Below, piece after piece: positions 47,601 to 58,000 of a stretch of 64,000 nt of DNA. The stretch lies in the NCBI RefSeq assembly GCF_036321535.1, contig NC_087437.1:119848001-119912000 (forward strand), given 5' to 3'. The translations under genes were made by a program, and so were the position numbers. Source of the stretch: Camelus dromedarius. Lineage: Eukaryota. Each line of letters opens with the position of its first letter. The stretch's first letter is position 1. The notes under the pieces were generated by a model. That model searched no databases. It was given only the letters and a program-made list of their open reading frames with translations, and was not told where the DNA came from.

Positions 47601-48986
47601 ATTTTTTCTGCACAAGGTCACACTCATGGGTTCTGGGGGTGGGGAGGTGAGCCTGTCTCCTCGGGGGCACAGGTCACTGCCGTGAGCATATGATATTTCC
47701 GTCTTGTGCAGGGGGCAAGCTCAGATCCCCACCAAGCCCCATCGGGGAGAGAACCCTCCAGACGTGGGAAGGGTTTCCAATAGAGAACACAAAAAACGCT
47801 CACTGCCGAGTCACCACCTACATTTACGGAGGTGGACAGTCGCACAGTCACCGCCTGGGGGGCAGATGGAGGGGCCAGGGGACAGCAGGTGCACCCCCCG
47901 CCAGCTCCACCGGCTCCTTCCCGCCCTCCCCACTCGGAAGCCACCTTAAGTGCCGCCATTACTTGTAAACAGGCAAGCTGAAGAGGCCATTAATTAATTT
48001 TCAAAGCTCCCCTGGAGAGCCCTGTTGACCTGAACGTGGGAGGCTTCCAGTATCTGGCTACAGAGACAACAATCAGGCTGTGAGGTGTTTTTGTTTTGCC
48101 TTTAAGCAGCTTGTTAACTGAGGACCATTAAAGGACAGAGCCCAGGTGACCTTCTCCCCTGGCCTGCCCCACCCCCCGAGTCTTCCAGAACCAGCTGGCT
48201 CCTGGGAGGGAAAGCGTTTCCCCCAGAGCTCTTGTGTAATGAGCGTGAGTCACCTGGAGGAAGGCATCACCCCTTTATCCCCCGGGCTCAGGCTCACTGC
48301 CCGGATCAAAACCACTCGTGATTTTACTAGTTGGGTTAATTTCTAGCACAGGAGACCGAGGCACTGAAGGAGTGGGTCAAGGGAGCTCGCATTTCTAAGG
48401 AGTAGGAGGGAGGAGGGGACTGTCTTTGGAGGGCGACTTGGCAGCGGTCCGGGATGGGGGAGTGGCCTGCGGGCAGTGGGTTCCTCCCACGGCCCTACTT
48501 GGGGACCTCTCCCCACGTCAGCCCCCGGCATCCGCACCTTCTTCTGGCTGCCTGCCAGACACAGGAGCATGGCCATGGGGGCTCACACCCCCCAGGAGGT
48601 GGCTGTGATTCGGGGGGCTCTCGTGCTCTGTGAACCCCACCTGGCTTTGGGTGCACCGTCTCCTGGTGCTCGGGGCTGACTCCTTCCCGGCCCCCAGCAG
48701 CCTCTCCTTTAGGGTGGAGGTGGCCATGGTCCCCTCACCTGTGCTGAGCTCCCGGGGGTATGAATCCCAAGGGGCCACCCAGGGACAGCCGTCACTGCCT
48801 TCAACGAAGATGCGGGTCACAAGCACGGGCAGGTGACTTGGAGGTGGAGAGAGGAGGCCTTTGTAGGACGGGGTCCTGCATCGGACCTCTTGGGGCACTT
48901 GGGGAACTGGCCATCCCAGCGACTCAGAAGACCAGTCCTGACCCTGCACAGCCGTCAGGAGCAAGCCGGCCAGATGTGGGGACACA

Positions 48987-49037
<51 letters not shown>

Positions 49038-52000
49038 AAACACACAGAGCAGGCACGTACCTCCACACACACGCACGTGTGAGCACACACACGCTCACAC
49101 ACGCTTTGTCTGGCCCATGTGAGCTGCTGTGTTAGGAGCTGTTTCTGCTTCTGTTGCTCAAGGAGGCACCATTAGAGCTGCCATCTGTTAACCACAGGGC
49201 GCTGGTCGGCTTGTTTTAAGTGGAATTTCCTGCCTTTTTTTTTTTCTATACCTTCTCAAGCATGTGATTCTTTGGAATCCAACATAAATTCCACCATTCC
49301 TCTTAATTCACCTTCAAAGCTCTTCTTCCTTTTACCAGATAGTGCTTTCCTTCTGCGAGGAGCCTGGGCCTCGTGGAGGTTAGAGGCCGTTGCATAAACA
49401 CAGGACAAGCAGGACCTCCCTGGCTTCCTGGTTGGAGGGGGACCGTCCAGGGCCCCCCCTTCCTTCCTTGTTTGTGGGACACGGGCCGCCATGCCAGGGA
49501 CTCTGCCTCCAGCCTTTGTCCTGTGCCCCGGCCTGGCCCACAACCCACATGCTGGAGAGCTGGCCCCGGGGGCAATGTTCACCGCGGGTCCTGCGAACAA
49601 CCCAGAAAACGCGAGGCTGAGACCGGACCTTGCTTTTCCCCTTGTCACCCGGGAAGCGTGCTTTGTGCAGGTTCCTTACTGAAGTCTTTGGAGGAAGCAC
49701 TGAAACGCGGCCCCCTTCATGTGTCTGGAAACAGCTCTGGAAGCTCTGCAGCCCAGCCAGGCCCCACCTGCCCTTGGCGGCCCCTTGGGAGAGCCGGGCG
49801 GGGCGGATGGAGAAGAGGGTGGATGGAGCTGCCTCCATGACCGTGACCGTGACCATGCTGTGCTGTTGTCTGGGGCCCTGTCCCCAAAGCCAGCGTCCTT
49901 CTTAGGAAATCACTCCTAAAGGTTCTCGGCATCAGGGCGGCCGTGGCCTGTGGAGGCCCACAGAGCCCCTTCTAATGTCCCAGAGAGGACAGCGGCGTCC
50001 AGGTGACGCCACCTCTGCCAGTCAGCCTGCCTGGGGCCCGCGCCTGGATGGGGAGAATAAAGCGGGGCCTCCAGTGCTGGGTGGGGCTGGGGCGCCTCTG
50101 CTTTAGTTCGGGGATCTGCTCTGTGCCCAGTTAAAGCTTGAGGGGAATGCGTGGGCCGTGGCAGAGGAACCTGACAGCGTCTCAGCCGTCGTCGCCCTGT
50201 CGGGGCAGGACCTGCGGGGAGGCCCAGTGCCGGCGTCCTTCTCCCTCCGCCAGGGTGGGATGGCCCGCGGGGCAGCTGGGGAATCTTCCCACAGGCAGCC
50301 CAGCTCCAGCAAGGCCGGGGAGCCCACGGCCCAGGGCTGCTGGTGCCTGACTCCGCCGTGGCTCTGGCCGTCTCGCGGCCTCCCCCTGCGGTCTGTCTCT
50401 TTAATTCCCACCACGCATTGCTTTTCTCTCCCATCGATTAATGCATTTCTGCCACCTCATTACTCACTATCAGTCTCCTTGGCAACCAGGCTCTTCATGA
50501 ACCTAATTGCCAGAAATTCTGAATCTCTGAGATTCAGATTAGCGATACGGTACTATGTTGCCCAAAAGGCTTCATCTTCACATCACCTGCCATCAGTGGC
50601 CAAGGAGTCTGAAATACATCAATTAATCAAACACGAGGCCCCCACCAAAAACCATGATCTGGAGGCAGCTGCTGAGAGAAACAGCATCCTTGACTTAACT
50701 GATGACGGAAAAGAGCAAACAGGGAAACAGCAGCATGATTCCAGTTTTGTCTTTTTAAAAATTAAGAACAGATCGACAGATAGATACTTAGAAAGCACGA
50801 GGGTGGGAAAAATGCCTGGAATCAATATATATATTAAATGAGTTGTTTTCTGGGCCAGTAGGGTCACGGATACCTTTGAGATGCTCTGTATTAACTCCAT
50901 TTTCTGCAAGGATCACAGGTTATTTTGTGTTCAGAAAAATGGTGTTCGAAATGTAATAAATGTAACCGTGGACCTTGACTGGCAGGATGCAGCTACCCTG
51001 CTCGGACTCTGCACTGCGTGCGCAGTCTCTTCCCCAGATCTGTTCGCTTCTGGGTCCAAGTCTACGCCACATGCCAGGTCTCTGCCCCGGATATGTTCAA
51101 CTTGATGAAACTGTCTGCGCTTCACGTGTTCACAGCCCCTTCCCCAGCCCCTTCCTACCACTGATGTTGAGTGTACCATTTGCTGACATCAGCGTCCCCA
51201 CGGCAGCCCTGCAGACACAGCCCCGCCGTGGCCCCCTCCTCGTGGGGGTAGCTTCCCGCAGTGGGACCGAGGCCAAGGAGCACCCTGGGAGGCTGTGTGC
51301 TGGTTTCAGTGCAAACCATCAAGGGTCATGGTGATGTGTCTTTTCTTAGAAGAGGCCCGTGGTTTCATCCACCTCCTCACAGGATCTGAGATGCCGAGAA
51401 GTGCTGAGAGCACCGGCTCCAGAAGGAGGGCGTGGGCTCTTGGTGGGAGCCCAGAGTACAGAGGGCTAGTTCCCTGTGCTTCCCCACCTCGCTGGTCCCG
51501 TGTCCTGGTACAGAAGGGCCTCTCCCACAGCATCCCACGCACGCAGACGCAGATCACCGGGACCAGATCTGAACACCAAATCCTCCAGATTCCTGCCATT
51601 TGGGCAGAAAGAAGCAGTGGTTTCCTGTAGCCTTGCCCCTGCTTGGCCCCTGACGCTGTAAACTTCAGAAAACCCACGCAGGGAGGTTATGGTCCCTGCC
51701 AGGCTGCCCAAAGCCTGGCACCAGAAGCGTCTCCCCCGATGTGAGCTCCAGAGTCTTGAGAGTCCCTCCGGGTGGGAGGGGATTGGTGGGAACCAGTGGA
51801 AGTCATTGAGTTGCTTTGTTTTTAGAAACCATCCGCAGGTTATTTTTAGCCATATTCAGAGCCACGCTTGATGAAAAGGGGGAGTGAGTGGCATTGTGGG
51901 TAGTATCTTTTTGCATGAAAATTGAGGGGTGATTACAAAGTAACAAAACTAATCTTTTTTTATTTCCTATGAACTGACTCTGATTTAAAAGCCTTTCCAA

Positions 52001-55000
52001 AGCTTGCAGGATTGCTGGGCTAAATGTGCACCTGCGAGGGTGAACGTCTTGAGTTGAATACTCGCTTGCAGGCATAAGCGTCAGTCCATCCTTTGATGAA
52101 AATAGTGTCCTGACTTAGGGGACCCCCCCCGAAGCAGGACCCCGGGGATGAGACCAAGACCAGGGTCTCTCAGCCTGGTCTTAACCTGGTTTGTTCATTT
52201 CGCATCCATTTCAAGCGAACACTTCTCCTGGTGAACTGCTCTACAGAGGACCTTAAAATGCAAAGCTTTTATCTTAATGAAATTGTTTTAACTTAAAAGC
52301 TTATCTTAATGAAATTTTAATCCTTGCTGGGAAGGCTGTGGTTTTGCAACCACTGAGCCCTTCATTGCATTTTAATGCCCTGAGAACACATACCCCCTTT
52401 TCCTTTCGGGGATAAAAGACTCTCTGTCCTGTGTCCTCGGCTGGTGCTCAGGGATATGGAAAGAAAGCGAGAAGTGGGTGCGGGAAGAGTGGAGATTCAG
52501 ATTCAGGGAATGGGAGGGGAAGGGGCTTCCCTCCCAAGGGGCCACACAGATGATCGCGATGCTTCTCTCTGGGCCACAGAACAGACCCGCCACGTGAGTC
52601 ATCTGTGGTGGGCTGATTGAGGGTGAGACCCTGAGTATTTGCAGCCTGGAGGGAGTGGCAACCACTGCCCAGGCCAGCTTTCCCCCGGGGGACGTGGGAG
52701 CCCCCAGTCACCGACCTTGCATATCCATGGTGACCCCGTTGTTTCTCTCTGTCACCAGTGGAAGGACTGAAAGTGGTGGAGATTGAGAAATGCAAGAGCG
52801 ACATTAGAAAGATGAGGGAGGAGCTGGCAGCCAGAAGCAACAGGTAAGGTCCGCGCCAGATGAGCCTGGGGCAGAGCTCCATGTGAACATACGGGGGTGG
52901 GAGGGGCTGCGTTTTCCCAGAAGCAAGGCTGAAGGTCTGACTCAGCTCTGGCTGGGGTGGCACCATCTGGGATTTGCTTTTCGATTACACAGCTTTCTTA
53001 TCATAAAGGAGCGTTTACGGCAGATGGAGGCCAAGAGGATGACTTCACAGGGAGGGAGAATGACCTTCCTGCAGATCAGTGTTAGGATTCACTTCTCTCC
53101 TTGAATGAAGTTGACACTGATTTTTTAAGAAAGCGGGCAATCAAAGCAGAACAGCCTTTGGCTTACAGGGGATGAGTGTCCGGGTGCCCCAGAGGCCCCG
53201 CTCCCATGGGGATGTCCCCACAGCACAGAGCAGCAGGTCAGGGGAACTGTGCCACGAGGTTCAGCCATTCTGGACACAGAAACCACTTGTCCTGTGGAAC
53301 AAGGGTCCCTCCACATGTGCCCTTGGGGAGCCAGCGTGAGGTGGACCAGGTTTCCAAAACTCATGGAAAAAATGCCCCCTGCCTCAGAAGTGAGGTTTGG
53401 GGTACAGCCGGACCCTCTACCAAAGCCACATCCAAAGCAGATGTTCAGGCTGAGGACAGAAACACACAGGGTCAGCCAAGATGATGCTGGACGCTGCACA
53501 CGCATTGAGCACCTGCAGCGTGCGGGGCTGGACGCTGCACACGCATTGAGCACCTGCAGCGTGCGGGGCTGGACGCACCAGGACCCGCTCACACGTCTGC
53601 TCCCTTGGGCTTCTTCACGCCCACGGTTACCATCCAGGGGGCCACTAAGGATGCTGCAGTTACAGCCAGACCTCAGAGGATTTAATGGGACTACTGGACC
53701 TGAGAAGCCCTGTGCCAATGCACCAAATTGTCCTATGGAGAACATCTAACATCTTGAAGCTCATCCCCTGTGTTTTAAAAATTGAGAGCAACCTGCTTCG
53801 TGTGGAGCGTGGCCGAGTGGAAGGGCCTGCGGGGCCGGAGGCACAGGGATGCTGATGGCGGCGGCTTGGTCCCAGCGGAGTACGGCGGGGCTGGCGGCCT
53901 CGCGGCAGGCCCGGGGAGTAGCCTCACGGGCTCAGAGCCACGTCCGTGTGTGACTTACCGGGACGCTGCTGAGTTCACATCCCACATACTTGTCAGCTAA
54001 TTTGGATTTCGTGATGTCTCAGTCCACTCAATTTGGAGGAAGTTGGGTGAAGGAGTTTGTGACAACAGAAAATTGTGAGCGAACGATTCATCCCTGCATC
54101 CCCATAGTGAGAGGCTGTTTGGGGTCAGGAGAGAGACCCTCATGTAACCTGGAGGAGCCCTGGAGTTGCCTGGCAACTGCAAGCTGCAAGGATGCTGGGG
54201 CCACCACGCCTCTGGTCACAGTGTCACCCTCGGGCTCAGCCCTCTAGCTGCCCTTGCGCCCCGGCTGCCACGTGCTGGACCTCCATCCTGTGGCCAGTCC
54301 TGATGCCCGGGGGAGAAAAGCCAGTCAGCCAAGCCCTACCTCAGTCCCTCTGCCACCAGCCCCATACTGGCAGTCGCAGCCATGTGCCGTGTCCGCTGGG
54401 GCGAGAGGGTGGTGCCTGGTGGGCCGCGGTCCCCACAGGTCCCCCTCTGTGGGATCGCCTCACCCGCAGATGTGCTGTGTCCAGAGAGCCCACAAATCAC
54501 TTACAGGAGGCAGTTTGGGGTTTGGTTTGGGGGGATTGGTATAGTTGATTTACAGTATTCTATCAGTTTCAGGGGTACAACCTTGTGGTTCAAAAGCAGG
54601 AGGCATTTTGTAAGGCAGCCTCTCCTACCTTCCCAAGTGACTAAATCGAGAGCAGCCAGGGGTAAGTCGCCAGCCCCCGCCTGGCTGGCCTGCCCCGTCG
54701 TGTCACCGGCCCCCTCTGATGCATACCCCCCACTCCTGTTCCGTGGGAGCCGGGCGGGGGCAGGGTGACGTGCGCCCCTGGTGTGGTTTCCTGTGTGCGC
54801 TGGCCCCGCAGGGCAGGTTGCAGGAGGAAAAACAAACTTCCACCCAAGTGGTACTAGTTTCCTGTGGCGGCTGTAACATAGCGCCGTGGTGGAGCGCGTG
54901 CTTAGCGTGCCCAGGTCCTGGGCTCGGTCCCCACCACCTCCATTAAACAAATAAATAAGCCTAATTGCCTCCCCCCGCCCCCCAAGTGTAATACAGTGAA

Positions 55001-58000
55001 AAAGAAAGTCTTTAGAAAACAAAAGCACAGACTGGAGCACTGACATGGTAGGGCTTTGTGGTTCAAAAGCAGGAGGCGTGCCAGGGGTCTGACGCGGGCA
55101 CCCGGAGGGCCCGGCTCCCGGGAGACTGTCCCAGGCGCTCTTCTAGCTCCTGGCAGTTCTCAGCGGCGCGTGCCGTCCCTCGGCTCGGAGAGCGCCCCTC
55201 CGGTCTCTGCCCCCGTCTTCTCTGTGTGTGTCTGTCTCTGTCACGATGTCCCCTTTTAAAAGGGCACCAGTCACATTGGGTCTGGGGCCACCCTCCTCCA
55301 GTATGGCCAGTCTGAACTCATTACACTTGTAACAACCCTATCCCCAAGCGAGGTCACCGTCGCAGGTGCATGGGGCCAGGACTTCAGCATGACTCTCGGG
55401 GGTCGCCACGCGCCACCTGGGGAAGAGCCGCCCAGCTTCAGAGCTCGTGGGAGGCGAGCTGTCACCTGCGGGTGTCCGTCGGGGGTGGAGCGGGCCGAGC
55501 TGAGCCTCGTCCCGGTGGCAGGGCCTCCTCCCTGCTCCCCCAGGAAGCACATTTTTGGAGCTCACAGCGCGATAATCCGAGAGGAGCCTCCCCAGTGCCC
55601 TGACTGCTCCTGGAGGCAGCGTGTTCTCGGCAGGCAGTTTTTACAGCATCCCATGTAGGTGAGAGACGGGTTATTGTGACTCTTCAGTCAAAAACAGAAT
55701 GGCGTGAGAGCTCACACACTGCGACACAGCTGGGAAAAAGAAATCCAGTCTCAGGGCTCAGGTCTAACCCACAGCAGCCACCCCGGACCCTGGCCCAGGG
55801 GCCCAGACTGCCGTGCCCTCTCCTTCACGAAGGAATGGATGCAGATGGAGGACAAGCCATTTGCACCGCCTCTTCCGTCTCTGTTGACGGCGGGGCTCTG
55901 CTTTAATCAGGCGGAGGGGCCGTGTAGCCATTCAGCCTCCTGGGACCAGGCTTGTTACCTGGGACCTCGCCCAGACTGCAGGGGCGGGGGCGGGGAGAAA
56001 TCACACGGGACGACGTCAGCCCAGCTGCTCGGGGATCCTGCCTCAGGGGGTGGCCAGAGGGGATCAAAGGCACCAGGCCGGGGAGGAGGGGGACCCACTC
56101 AGGCGGCCAGGAAACCTTAAGTGCGGACCACCTTCGCCCACACGAGCATGCCGCAGCGGGTCCTCGGAGCTGGGAGTCCAAGTGGCCCACGGCCACCTTG
56201 CCCTGGGGGAGTGGGGTCAGTGATCCGGTCGGGCGCAGACCCACAAACACCCCCCGAACAGACTGCTGTCCCCTGAGACACATGCCCTGGGTCTCTCTTG
56301 GGTTTTCCGCCATGAACGAAGAAGGTGATTGCCCACATGTGGGGCAGGGCCGGGTCTTGCTGAGCACGTGCCTGCACGGAGTGGAGCTTGCTGGCTCACC
56401 CCGGCGGGGGCTGCAGAGCACAGGGCGGCATCTGAGGGTTCTGGGGTCTGTAATCGCCACTTTCATCCCCAATAAACGACCTTGACCACCGGACGGGGAG
56501 CCCCAGAGGAGGGGAGGCTGGGAGCACAGAAAATGAAAGCAAAAACAAGCCCCAAGTAGAATGAAAGGAAAAGGCACTGTCAGCTGGGGGAGGCTGGTTC
56601 CCATGGCAACGGGGCGCATAGGGAGCAGGCGGGGGGCGCCTGGCCGAGGTGGGGCGGCCCTGGCAGGAGGCACCAGGCCCCAGCAGACGCTCCCAGTGCT
56701 GGGATGTTCGAGGAAGCAGCTGGATTCCCACACCTCGCGTGGTGAAAGCTTACACAGCCCTCCAGGGAAGGCGCAGGACTTCCCTGGGCAGCCCAGGCGT
56801 GGGCGTGTGTGCAAAGAGGTTAAAAGCAGAAAAGGAATCATGACGACACCGTGTTCTTAAGACCAAGTTCCCCTGCTCAGGAGTGTGTAAACGGGACTCC
56901 TCTCGCTTACAGGGGTGACCGTGGAAATCGCTTGCTTGGTGCCTTTTCTTGGTTTTGTCACTGTTTCATTACGTCTGTCTTAAAAGACCCTCCACGCATG
57001 AAGCAAGTCTGATGATTTTTGCAAACATCGGCTCAAGAGAAGGAATAACAGCACGCCAAGAAAATAATACCAAATGCTCTTTTTGCAAAAAGGAATTAGA
57101 CGTGTTATTCCGAGTCTGTCAGGCCACGTAGCCTCCTTGTAAAACCTCCCGCCTCTGCTGATGGGGGGGTGAATCCGTGGTGACAGCAGGGACCGCGACG
57201 CTCCCGGCGGGAATCCAGTCCTGAGCTTCCCAGGTGTTTTTCTAGGAACAGAGTCCCACCGAGTTTTGACAAACGGCTAAGAAATACTGTGTTGTATTCT
57301 CTTTTCATTTACAACGTTGTGAGCAATAAATAGATCAAAATGTCACCGACCCGCAGCATCATACGTTTGTCCAGAAAGCCGTGGGGTCTGCACTTGCTTT
57401 CATCTGCCAGCTGATTTCTTTTAGTCTCGTGTCTTGGCGAATGGTTTTGCACAACTTTTTAGGACGTACTGTACACAAGGAAGAGTCTTCCCTTTCACCT
57501 GAAGTCCCCTCGCCCCGCACAGTGCTCGTAACCGTCTCAGAGCCCACGTAACGGTCCACCTCGCTGATGTACCGTAATGGTCTCAGCTATTTCCCATTTG
57601 GGGACACCCTGCTGGCTTTCTGGTTTGATTTCATGGTTTTGCAGCAACAGATAACGCAGAGATGAATACCTTCGCGCTGTTGGTTTGCATCTAATTCTTT
57701 TCTTAAGGTAAATTTCCCAGAGGAGACATGCAGCTTAAAGGATGCTATGATATGGTATTAAACTGCTCTTCCGGAAGATGGAGCTGTATTTACAAACCGC
57801 ATGAGCTTCTGTGCTGGTCCCACCCCCAGCCTGGGAATCTCACACGAAGCGGGTGTGGAACCTACCCCCCTTCCCTGCTGTCCTCCCTGTTCAGGGGAGG
57901 ATGGAGAACACCTTTAGTTAAGGTGCCAGGTGGGGTGCCAGGTCTGGGGCAGCCCCCACCTGCAGCCTCATGCTATGACCCACAGGCCAGCACACTCACC

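Noticed and set aside
50158..50841. 227-aa ORF with a protein-like C-terminal half
   Set aside because: Non-ATG start, no homology that I recognise and no convincing splice context; treated as non-coding.
52262..52316. Short duplication of ttatcttaatgaaatt and a nearby 9-bp hairpin (52156-52182)
   Set aside because: Ordinary small slippage or chance inverted repeats.
55903..56841. Longest six-frame ORF (312 aa) and other long ORFs (e.g. 9988-10758, 13288-13974, 2105-2782)
   Set aside because: Pro/Arg/Gly/Ala-rich, no recognisable domain, overlapping in several frames; expected by chance in GC-rich intron.
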